NCBI GenBank assembly: GCA_028345195.1
Contig: JAOMCX010000001.1
Coordinates: forward strand, 73,411-105,410
Length of the DNA stretch: 32,000 bases
Direction of reading: 5' to 3'
Origin: Candidatus Nitrosopelagicus sp.
Lineage (GTDB): Archaea > Thermoproteota > Nitrososphaeria > Nitrososphaerales > Nitrosopumilaceae
Positions 23,606 through 31,257 of this stretch are shown in pieces. The notes below the pieces were generated by a model. That model was not told the origin of the DNA, searched no databases, and saw only the letters and a program-made list of their open reading frames with translations. A program made the position numbers and the translations under genes. Every line of letters starts with the position of its first letter. Position 1 is the first letter of the stretch.

Positions 23606-25020
23606 TAAATAAATTTAATCTTTAATCTTTCAGAATGTATTGATTCAATTGCTTTTGCAACACTATCTTCTACATCTTCTATAACGATAATAATTCTAGA
23701 AGTTTCTTCTTGTGCATCCATGTTCAAGATGTTTAATCCTGCATCGCCTATCTTAGAACTAGCCTTTGATGCAATTTGTTGTACTCTCCACATTTCGTCA
23801 CCGATCAATGTAACTACACCTCTTTCATATGCAACTGTTGCAAGTGCATCGAAACTCAGAATATATTTTTCGTTTCTTTTTACATAATCTCCATCTAAAA
23901 ACAAAATTCGACTAAATTCAATTCCATCTTTTGTGAATGGTGATAAGACAATAAATTCACTATATCTCTTGTCTTTCTCTAATGATACAAGTAAGTCTCT
24001 GATCATTTCTGATTCTATTCGTAAGATTGCACAATTTTTCTTACCTGTGACAATCTTCAATGGATGACCACTTTTATCATCTGGTTTTCTTTGAATTTTT
24101 GTAATCATTTCCGGTGATTTCATATTTGTAATTGTAAGTGGTATTTCTACTCCATTTTCAAGAATTTCTTTAATTGCAATAGGATCTACAATTTTCATAC
24201 CAAACATTCCTGCTAATCTAGCTTCATTGTATGATAATTCATTGACTCGTTCAAGATCATCTTTGACAATTTTTGGATCTGCAGAAACAACAGAGCTGTC
24301 TTTTTCAAGATCTATAACTGTATCATATTTTTTATGAAATAAAATTCCTAAATCCGCTGCAGTTCTGTCTGAACCGCCCCTTTCATATGTTGTAATAATT
24401 CCATCTTTTGTTTTTCCAATGAAACCTCCAACACATATTACATCATTTTCATCTAGAATTTGTTCCAGTTTACCCATTCTTGAAACTGATTCTGAGAAAA
24501 GAAAATTTGTTGATTCAATATTATTGTCTGTAATTATCGGCCAATCCTCAAGTGAAATTGTATCTGATCTAATTCCATTATTCTTTAAAATTAGATTCAA
24601 AACATGTGACATTAAGACTTCTCCTGAAAACGCCAATGCTTTTGAACGAATTTCATCTAAAAATTCTTTTTTAGATGATGCTAAATCAATAGCACCTTTT
24701 GAATTTTTCAAAAACTCATCAATTGTTTCCTTACCTAAATTTTTAGATTCATCATTTAGATATTCTAAAATTTTTGAGTATGATTTTTCAACAATTGAAA
24801 AATCAAAACTATTTCCATTTACTACGTTATCTCCTATGCCTAGCACTACATCTGTCAGTGATTTTTTTTTACCATCTACCATTGTGAGTGGTGCAGAACA
24901 AACTACGACTAATTTACCATTTTTTTGAATTTCTTTAATTCTTTTAATGATTTGAGGTATTCCTTCTCCATCAATTCCTATTGCACTTCCTCCAAATTTT
25001 GCAATTGTTAGTTTACTCAT
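23605..25020 (-). CDS. Aspartate kinase with C-terminal ACT regulatory domains
   Basis: 471 aa with N-terminal IAKFGGSAIG and a kinase core containing RGGSDRTAADLG. The C-terminal region is ACT-like. Confidence 0.9.
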   Translation of the reverse strand: MSKLTIAKFGGSAIGIDGEGIPQIIKRIKEIQKNGKLVVVCSAPLTMVDGKKKSLTDVVLGIGDNVVNGNSFDFSIVEKSYSKILEYLNDESKNLGKETIDEFLKNSKGAIDLASSKKEFLDEIRSKALAFSGEVLMSHVLNLILKNNGIRSDTISLEDWPIITDNNIESTNFLFSESVSRMGKLEQILDENDVICVGGFIGKTKDGIITTYERGGSDRTAADLGILFHKKYDTVIDLEKDSSVVSADPKIVKDDLERVNELSYNEARLAGMFGMKIVDPIAIKEILENGVEIPLTITNMKSPEMITKIQRKPDDKSGHPLKIVTGKKNCAILRIESEMIRDLLVSLEKDKRYSEFIVLSPFTKDGIEFSRILFLDGDYVKRNEKYILSFDALATVAYERGVVTLIGDEMWRVQQIASKASSKIGDAGLNILNMDAQEETSRIIIVIEDVEDSVAKAIESIHSERLKIKFI

Positions 25021-25046
25021 GATTAATCCAAAATATTATTGCAGTA

Positions 25047-26081
25047 TTAATCGTTATTTTTATTTAAAAGAATTTTTGAAATTTCCATGCCTGCCAAATT
25101 AACTCCATTTTGTTGCTGTTCATTTCTTTCCATGTTAAGTTTTTCTTTTATGAGATTTTCTAAATTATAAATATCTTCAAAATTAAATCCCATTTCTTTG
25201 GCATTATCTTCTTGTTCAAAATGATCTTTTATTGGTATGAAAATTCCTGGTGTTCCATACACAACTGATTCATCAATTGTAGATTTTCCTGCAAGAGAAA
25301 TTATTAGATCTGATGCAAAAATTACTTCATGAAGATTTTCTACGAATCCTAAATTTCTCAAATTATTTCCAAACTCTTCTTTAATTTTTGGTCCGGCAAC
25401 TAAAACTAACTCGATATCTAATTGAATTTTTTTTACTGCATCGATTGTTTGTTTGATTAAAAATATTCCTGCGTCGGTACCTCCAACACTGAGAACAATT
25501 GTTTTCTTTTTAAAATCTAAATCATTTCTAATGTCGTCACGATTTTTTTCTATTTTTCTTACAATTGGACCTGTCCGTACTATGTTATTTTGATTTTCTC
25601 CTAACTCTGGAATTATGACTCTGTTAGCTTTGTTCAACATTTCTTGCATCGTTTTATTCATCTTTTTTTCAACGATTCCCCCAAATCCACTAGTAAATTT
25701 TGTTTCAAGAATATCCGTGATGATTATATTTGAAATTCCTTTTTCTTGCGCTATTGCTATTGATGCAAAATCCTCATCACTAATAATCAAATTTGGTTTT
25801 TCATCATTAATGATCTGATTTGAAACTTCTTTACATTTTTTATAATACTTGTAGTAATCCCAAAGCCATCTCAACGATTTTTCTAATTTTCCATTTTGTA
25901 CCTCAAATTTTGGGGGTGAATAAACATCATATGCTTGAACATTATTTTTTTGAAAAAATTCAATGGCTGAACTACCTGAATAAATTTTACATGATTCTAG
26001 TTTCAATTCATTAATTATGGCTAGATCTCTTGTTGCATGTCCTAGTCCTATTGGACTACAAAAAAACACAATTTCTGTCAT
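25047..26081 (-). CDS. GT-B fold glycosyltransferase (MurG/UGT-like, MJ1255-type)
   Basis: I place the start at ATG 26081 (MTEIVFFCSPIGLGHATRD...). The Gly-rich N-terminal loop and the C-terminal ...SLAGKSTIDE... region are typical of GT28/GT1 C-terminal domains. Confidence 0.7.
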   Translation of the reverse strand: MTEIVFFCSPIGLGHATRDLAIINELKLESCKIYSGSSAIEFFQKNNVQAYDVYSPPKFEVQNGKLEKSLRWLWDYYKYYKKCKEVSNQIINDEKPNLIISDEDFASIAIAQEKGISNIIITDILETKFTSGFGGIVEKKMNKTMQEMLNKANRVIIPELGENQNNIVRTGPIVRKIEKNRDDIRNDLDFKKKTIVLSVGGTDAGIFLIKQTIDAVKKIQLDIELVLVAGPKIKEEFGNNLRNLGFVENLHEVIFASDLIISLAGKSTIDESVVYGTPGIFIPIKDHFEQEDNAKEMGFNFEDIYNLENLIKEKLNMERNEQQQNGVNLAGMEISKILLNKNND

Positions 26082-26107
26082 ATTATGATTATTTTTTCTT
26101 GTCAAAG

Positions 26108-26115
26108 ATTTAAAT
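26108..26115 (+). promoter_or_regulatory. TATA box of tRNA-Val
   Basis: AAAGATTTAAATGG. The box starts 33 nt before the tRNA 5' end. Confidence 0.45.
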
Positions 26116-26140
26116 GGATTTTAACGAAGAACTTTTTGGC

Positions 26141-26215
26141 GGGCTCGTAGTCTAGCTCGGTTATGACGTCGCCTTTACATGGCGAAGATCCGGTGTTCAA
26201 ATCACCGCGGGCCCA
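26141..26215 (+). tRNA. tRNA-Val (anticodon TAC)
   Basis: GGGCTCG TA GTCT AGCTCGGTTA TGAC G TCGCC TTTACAT GGCGA AGATC CGGTG TTCAAAT CACCG CGGGCCC A. A T6 tract lies 11 nt downstream. Confidence 0.95.
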
Positions 26216-26257
26216 CTACCGAATATTTTTTAATTCGATAAAATTACAAAAAATACA

Positions 26258-26509
26258 ATGTCAGATCTTTCTATGAATGATAAAATGACTCTAGTTCAAT
26301 ATTCCATTGAAAAATATGAAAATGAGGAGGAATTAATCTCAAAACTTTCTTCTGTATTACCTGAAAAAGAGATCCAAAGAAGTTTGGATACTTTGATAGG
26401 AACTCAGAAGGTTAGAAGAATAGGTCCTGAAATAATTCAAAATAATACCAGTCATACTGAGTTACCAGAGTTATCAGATAATGTTAAAGAACTATTAGAT
26501 AAAATTTAA
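26258..26509 (+). CDS. Hypothetical small acidic protein (83 aa)
   Basis: ATG ORF in an otherwise empty spacer. I recognise no motif. Confidence 0.4.
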   Translation: MSDLSMNDKMTLVQYSIEKYENEEELISKLSSVLPEKEIQRSLDTLIGTQKVRRIGPEIIQNNTSHTELPELSDNVKELLDKI

Positions 26510-26511
26510 TT

Positions 26512-27393
26512 CTAAAATCCTCGTAAACCTTCGGGTCTTACATTTTCAGGATGTTTATTTAGCCAACCAATTTTTTCAAGCATCTCATCCTTGTCTTGAG
26601 GAAATGTTCCTGCGATATTATATGCATTTGAACCATGATTTGCACGAAAAACTATTTGATTTTCTGCATTAATATTTGAAACAAGTAATTCTAATTCTTC
26701 TAGTGATTCATTATCATCTATTTTGACAAATTCGCCTCCCCATTTTGTAATGAATTCATCTTTGATTCCATTTTCTAAATACAATGTTAATGCCCCAACA
26801 AAATCTGGCTTTGATGCACTGATTACTTTGCCAGTTTCTATTGCATTTTCTTTTGAATATTTTTTCCCTCCTAATCCTAAAATGACCATACATGATAGTT
26901 TGAATCCAACATCTTTAGCTTTATTGCATGCTTTGATGATAGTTTTTGATGTTGCACCTTTTGTTACTTTTCTAAGTACTATGTCTGAACCACTTTCTAT
27001 TCCAAGATATAACATGTTTAACCCTGCATCATGTAATTCTTGTAAATCTTCAGGAGTTTTTTTCAACAGATTCATTGGCATTGCATAACATGAAATTCTT
27101 TCAATTGAAGAAAATTTTTCTCGAATATATTTGAGAATTTTTACCATATACTCTGTTGATAAATTAATTGCGTCACCATCTGCCAAAAACACTCTTTGTG
27201 TGTCTGGCATAATTTTTGCCATCATATCAATTTCTCCTTTTACTTCATCCCAGGTTCTTTCAGAATATTCTTTTGATCTGTACATATCACAAAATGAACA
27301 TTGATTAAATGAACAGCCTAATGTCACCTGAAAAATTAATGAATTTGCTTCTGATGGTGGTCTGTAAAGCGGTGCATCGTAATTTAACATCAT
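26512..27393 (-). CDS. Radical SAM enzyme of an uncharacterised subfamily with non-canonical CX4CX2C cluster spacing
   Basis: 293 aa. QVTLGCSFNQCSFCDMY was verified codon by codon. Core motifs include FLADGDA and YLGIESGSDIVLRKVTKG. No B12 domain or SPASM domain is present. Confidence 0.8.
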   Translation of the reverse strand: MMLNYDAPLYRPPSEANSLIFQVTLGCSFNQCSFCDMYRSKEYSERTWDEVKGEIDMMAKIMPDTQRVFLADGDAINLSTEYMVKILKYIREKFSSIERISCYAMPMNLLKKTPEDLQELHDAGLNMLYLGIESGSDIVLRKVTKGATSKTIIKACNKAKDVGFKLSCMVILGLGGKKYSKENAIETGKVISASKPDFVGALTLYLENGIKDEFITKWGGEFVKIDDNESLEELELLVSNINAENQIVFRANHGSNAYNIAGTFPQDKDEMLEKIGWLNKHPENVRPEGLRGF

Positions 27394-27429
27394 TATATCT
27401 ATTAATTACAAGAATTGGTTATAATCTTA

Positions 27430-28050
27430 ATGAAGATCCTTAAAAAAGGAGCCGAGGCTGATGTGTATATTTCCTCATGGAATGGAAAAAAATCAGTATT
27501 AAAAATTAGAAAAGAGAAAAAATATAGAAATCCATCACTTGATATTAGAATTAGAAAACAAAGGACAATTAGAGAAGCACAGTTATTATCTGATGTAAAA
27601 TCTTTTGGTATTTCAACACCGTTAATTCATTTTGTAGATTACAAAAAATTCTCAATATACATGCAATATGTGAATGGAAAATTAATTCGTGATATGGATG
27701 AAAAATCTATTCCTAAAACGTGTTCACAAATAGGAAAAATTGTTGGCAAACTTCATGCAAATGGTGTAATGCATGGTGATCTTACAACTTCAAATTTCAT
27801 ACTTACTAAAAAAAATCTATTTCTTATTGATTTTGGATTAGCAAATAGAACTGAAAAGCCTGATGATCATGCAGTTGATCTACGCTTGTTTAAAGAAATT
27901 TTGAATAGCGCTCATGCTAATGTTATGGAAAAATCTTGGAAAAATTTTATTTCTGGATATGAAAATTCTGTTGGTAAAAAACGATGTAAGAAAATTCTTG
28001 AATTAGTTGCTGTAATTGAAAGTCGAGGTAGATATGCAACAGTCGTCTGA
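27430..28050 (+). CDS. bud32: Bud32-type atypical protein kinase (KEOPS / t6A pathway)
   Basis: I place the start at ATG 27430 (MKILKKGAEADVY). Contains HGDLTTSNFIL and LIDFGLA. Its small size of about 206 aa matches archaeal Bud32. Confidence 0.8.
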   Translation: MKILKKGAEADVYISSWNGKKSVLKIRKEKKYRNPSLDIRIRKQRTIREAQLLSDVKSFGISTPLIHFVDYKKFSIYMQYVNGKLIRDMDEKSIPKTCSQIGKIVGKLHANGVMHGDLTTSNFILTKKNLFLIDFGLANRTEKPDDHAVDLRLFKEILNSAHANVMEKSWKNFISGYENSVGKKRCKKILELVAVIESRGRYATVV

Positions 28051-28594
28051 ATTATTTTTTGTATCATCAAATACTCATAAATTTACAGAAGCACAAAGAA
28101 TTCTATCTAATTTAGGATTAGAGGTTAGTTTGTTTAAAACAACACTTGAAGAAATTCAGTCTAATTCTCTTGGTGAAATTGCAAAACGAAAAGCATTGGA
28201 TGCTTATTCTAAAGTTCAAAAACCTGTGATTATTGAAGATGATGGTCTTTTCATTGATTCACTTGATGGATTTCCTGGTCCATACTCATCTTATGTTTAT
28301 GATACAATTGGGAATAAAGGAATCATGAGTTTATTAGAAAAAATTGAATTAAGAACTGCAAAATTTGTAGCAATTATTGCTTATTGTAACGGAGTTGATG
28401 ATGTTCAATTGTTTGAATCTAGCATACCTGGAAAAATTTCATTATCCATTGAAGAAGGTGGCTGGGGATATGATCCAATATTCATTCCTGATGGGGAATC
28501 AAAAACATACGCAAATGTTTCTGATAAAGATAAATTTTCTCATCGCTCTGCATCTCTAAAAAAATTCTCAAATTGGTTTATGCATATGCACTAA
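28034..28594 (+). CDS. Non-canonical purine NTP pyrophosphatase (HAM1/RdgB/ITPase)
   Basis: I place the start at ATG 28034. Contains FFVSSNTHKFTEA, EDDGLFIDSLDGFPGPYS, GWGYDPIF and KFSHRSAS. Confidence 0.85.
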   Translation: MQQSSELFFVSSNTHKFTEAQRILSNLGLEVSLFKTTLEEIQSNSLGEIAKRKALDAYSKVQKPVIIEDDGLFIDSLDGFPGPYSSYVYDTIGNKGIMSLLEKIELRTAKFVAIIAYCNGVDDVQLFESSIPGKISLSIEEGGWGYDPIFIPDGESKTYANVSDKDKFSHRSASLKKFSNWFMHMH

Positions 28595-29633
28595 GATAAC
28601 GTTCTGTAAATCGTTTCTTATTTTGTAAAACCACAATTCGAGAAATTTCACTTTCATCCATCACTTCAAATCTATTTGATTTATCTGCTATTTTATCTGA
28701 AAACTTTCTCACATCATCCATTTCCACCATATTTTCATATTCTAATCGATTAGTTGAACGTCCAATATGCATATAGGATTTTAACTCAACAAAATGTGCA
28801 TTTGATTTTTCAAATATTGATTTAAAACCAGATATCATTTCTTCAGAATCATTCCAATCTTTGATTAATGTTACTCTTAGTACTGTTCTTGTATCTAAAT
28901 CTGCAAGCATCTCTAAAGTTTTGTTCCATCTTTCCCATGAATCGTCATACTTGGGTCTATTGATTTTAAGAAATGAATCATAATCTGATGCATTTGTTGA
29001 AAGATACAGTTGTGTTGGTAATGCATTTTCATCTGAAAGTCTTTGAATCATTTCTGGCTCTTGGCCATTTGTTACAAGAAAAATTGATTTTGTGGCTTCT
29101 AATGATTTGAGATATTTTATCAGAGAAGGTAACTTTGGATACATAGTTGGTTCACCTGATAATGATATGGCATAGTGACTGGGAGTGAGTGATTCTTCTA
29201 TTTTCTGTTTGTCTTGTTTTGGATCCCCAAAATGACCTACGATTAACTTTCTCCTCTCTTCCATCAACTTTGACATGATATCTTTTGGTTCTGCCACTTT
29301 TTCTTCATCCATTTTCATTGAATCGTAAAATTCCATTGGTCTCCAACAGTAGACGCATCTATTTTCACAATGCATTCCAGCTGGTGAGAATTCCATGCAT
29401 TCATGAGTACTAATTCCATAAAACTTGTGCTTGTAGCAACTTCCTTCATTCCTAAAAGATTTTTTTGTCCAATGACAAATTTCTACAGTTGAATGATCTG
29501 CTACTCCATATTTTGCTTTTTTCAGTTGGTCTGAAATACTTGATTTAATCTGAATAAGATCCTCTTCTTTATCGACAATCTCTCCTGAACAACTCATGAC
29601 ATTTTTTATCTCTGTTTTACTTAAATCATCCAT
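28578..29633 (-). CDS. taw1: tRNA 4-demethylwyosine synthase (radical SAM, Taw1/TYW1)
   Basis: Contains CENRCVYCWRP (CX3CX2C), ISLSGEPTMYPKL and upstream Cys residues for an auxiliary cluster. I place the start at ATG 29633 (MDDLSK...). Confidence 0.8.
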   Translation of the reverse strand: MDDLSKTEIKNVMSCSGEIVDKEEDLIQIKSSISDQLKKAKYGVADHSTVEICHWTKKSFRNEGSCYKHKFYGISTHECMEFSPAGMHCENRCVYCWRPMEFYDSMKMDEEKVAEPKDIMSKLMEERRKLIVGHFGDPKQDKQKIEESLTPSHYAISLSGEPTMYPKLPSLIKYLKSLEATKSIFLVTNGQEPEMIQRLSDENALPTQLYLSTNASDYDSFLKINRPKYDDSWERWNKTLEMLADLDTRTVLRVTLIKDWNDSEEMISGFKSIFEKSNAHFVELKSYMHIGRSTNRLEYENMVEMDDVRKFSDKIADKSNRFEVMDESEISRIVVLQNKKRFTERYLSAYA

Positions 29634-29657
29634 TTCCTTAAACAATCAAAAAAAAAG

Positions 29658-29667
29658 TGTATATACA
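29658..29667. promoter_or_regulatory. Palindromic TATA element shared by divergent leaderless genes
   Basis: TGTATATACA is a perfect 10-nt palindrome. It is centred about 29 nt from taw1 ATG 29633 and about 25 nt from the corA-like ATG 29687. Confidence 0.45.
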
Positions 29668-29686
29668 TGAAAAATGTCTCTCTGCC

Positions 29687-30730
29687 ATGCTCAAGACAGT
29701 AAGTATTGCAGGAATTGAGGGGCAAGGAGTTCCATTCAAAAAAGAAAGTACCAGTTTAGATGAAGCAACACAACATGTTTCTATTGGTAATTTAACTTGG
29801 ATCGAATGTGTAGTTGATGATATAGCTAGCGAAACTCCAAAAATTCTTGAGAAATTAAATATCAATATGGATTCTAGTACATTACTTTCTGGTTATCTAA
29901 CTGAATATGAAGACGTTGGTGATACTCTGGGAATCATGGTTCCTTTCATCTTTACGGGTGAAAATAGAACACAAACTTCACCATGTTTAATTTTCCTAAA
30001 AAAGGATCTCATTGTTACAATACATGATGATTATGGTGGAAAAATTACAAAATTATATAATTATTCTAGCTCTCTTATGAGAAAGCTTCCACAAACTCCG
30101 GAGAATTGGGCTGATAGACAAACAATGTTACTCTTTAGATTACTTGATGAAGTTAGTGAAACAAATTTCTCTGCTCTTAGGACAATTGTAGAGCGTGCAG
30201 AACAGATTGAAATTGATCTTGCAGGTTCTCGTCAGATACATCGAGACTTGTCTACTGAATTATCTAATATGAAAAGATCACTTTTGTCTTTTCTTAATGC
30301 CGTTTGGGCAACTCATGACACTGTAAGAAATCTAAAGTACGGTGATCCTGATATGTTAACTGACGATGATGACATATTAGAAAAATTCGAAGTTGTTCTT
30401 GCAACTCTAGACAGACAAATTCAGATGGCAGAAAATGTAATGGAAATTATTTCTACTGGTATTACTGTAATCCAAACAGAATCTACAAACCAATTAACAA
30501 AATTAATAGTTTGGTTAACTGTAGCTGCTACTGCAGTTCTAGTCCCTAACACACTTGCAACAATTTTTGGAATTCCAAATCTTGAATTTTCTTACGTATG
30601 GGTAATTCCTGTATTAATATTTTCTACAGCTATAGCATCAATTATCACATTTAGGTGGACAAAGCAATATCGTATATTGCCATTTGGTTCGTCAAAACTG
30701 AAACGCATAAAGCGAAAATTCAAAAAATAG
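29687..30730 (+). CDS. CorA-superfamily divalent cation transporter with a variant signature (GIPN instead of GMN)
   Basis: A cytoplasmic alpha/beta plus coiled-coil domain is followed by two C-terminal TM helices. The loop reads LATIFGIPNLEF and a basic tail follows. I place the start at ATG 29687. Confidence 0.7.
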   Translation: MLKTVSIAGIEGQGVPFKKESTSLDEATQHVSIGNLTWIECVVDDIASETPKILEKLNINMDSSTLLSGYLTEYEDVGDTLGIMVPFIFTGENRTQTSPCLIFLKKDLIVTIHDDYGGKITKLYNYSSSLMRKLPQTPENWADRQTMLLFRLLDEVSETNFSALRTIVERAEQIEIDLAGSRQIHRDLSTELSNMKRSLLSFLNAVWATHDTVRNLKYGDPDMLTDDDDILEKFEVVLATLDRQIQMAENVMEIISTGITVIQTESTNQLTKLIVWLTVAATAVLVPNTLATIFGIPNLEFSYVWVIPVLIFSTAIASIITFRWTKQYRILPFGSSKLKRIKRKFKK

Positions 30731-30789
30731 TCGCAATTAACACATGTGAGCTATAAGATTAATACAAGAAAAAAAATTAGTTTCTTTGT

Positions 30790-30862
30790 GGCCTCTGTCG
30801 TCCAATGGCTAGGATAGGGGATTGTGGATCCCCGGATGGGTGTTCGATTCCCCCCAGAGGCC
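30790..30862 (+). tRNA. tRNA-His (anticodon GTG) with genome-encoded G-1
   Basis: G(-1) GCCTCTG TC GTCC AATGGCTA GGAT A GGGGA TTGTGGA TCCCC GGAT GGGTG TTCGATT CCCCC CAGAGGC C. G-1 can pair with C73. Confidence 0.9.
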
Positions 30863-30871
30863 CCTTAATTT

Positions 30872-31219
30872 TTAAAATATTCCAAATTTGCTTGATTCCA
30901 TTTCTTCTTTTAAAGCAAATTTTATTTTCACATCTTTTCCGTCCATTTTTTCAGACAATAATGAAATGAATTTTTTATCTAATCCTTTTCCTTTGTATTT
31001 GTTAAATTCATCTCCCATCATGTCTGCAAGTTTAATGACCATCTCTCTGTTTACAGAAGCTACAAAAAAGTGCCAACCAAATGCAAACTCAGAATCAGTT
31101 ATCAAAAAGTCCTCTTGCCCGTGAACCATTTCTTCCATTCTGCCTAGTACTCGTTTTATTTCCTTACTGGTTTTATCATATTCAGTTGCAGAAACATTGA
31201 TGTTTATTCTCTCTTCCAT
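30872..31219 (-). CDS. Hypothetical protein (115 aa)
   Basis: ATG ORF filling the gap between tRNA-His and the next gene. I recognise no motif. Confidence 0.45.
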   Translation of the reverse strand: MEERININVSATEYDKTSKEIKRVLGRMEEMVHGQEDFLITDSEFAFGWHFFVASVNREMVIKLADMMGDEFNKYKGKGLDKKFISLLSEKMDGKDVKIKFALKEEMESSKFGIF

Positions 31220-31257
31220 ACTATTACGTGATTTTTGGAAATAAAAGGTTGACTTGA

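Noticed and set aside
24419-24928. 169-aa plus-strand ORF, and similar long antisense ORFs at 22498-22926, 26723-27088, 31445-31891, 14926-15315, 4399-4725, 2150-2437 and 17693-18019
   Set aside because: Each lies entirely inside a well-supported gene on the other strand. The translations are low-complexity Ser/Phe/Ile/Leu-rich strings without motifs, which is typical of shadow ORFs in AT-rich coding DNA.
29648-29656. A9 homopolymer as a slippery or frameshift site
   Set aside because: With the revised start codons it is intergenic, lying between taw1 ATG 29633 and the corA-like ATG 29687. It is more likely part of the promoter region.
13389-30862. The tRNA genes as integration sites of a mobile element or provirus
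   Set aside because: I saw no integrase, no transposase and no duplicated tRNA 3' fragment (att-like direct repeat) anywhere in the window. The genes between the tRNAs are ordinary metabolic genes.
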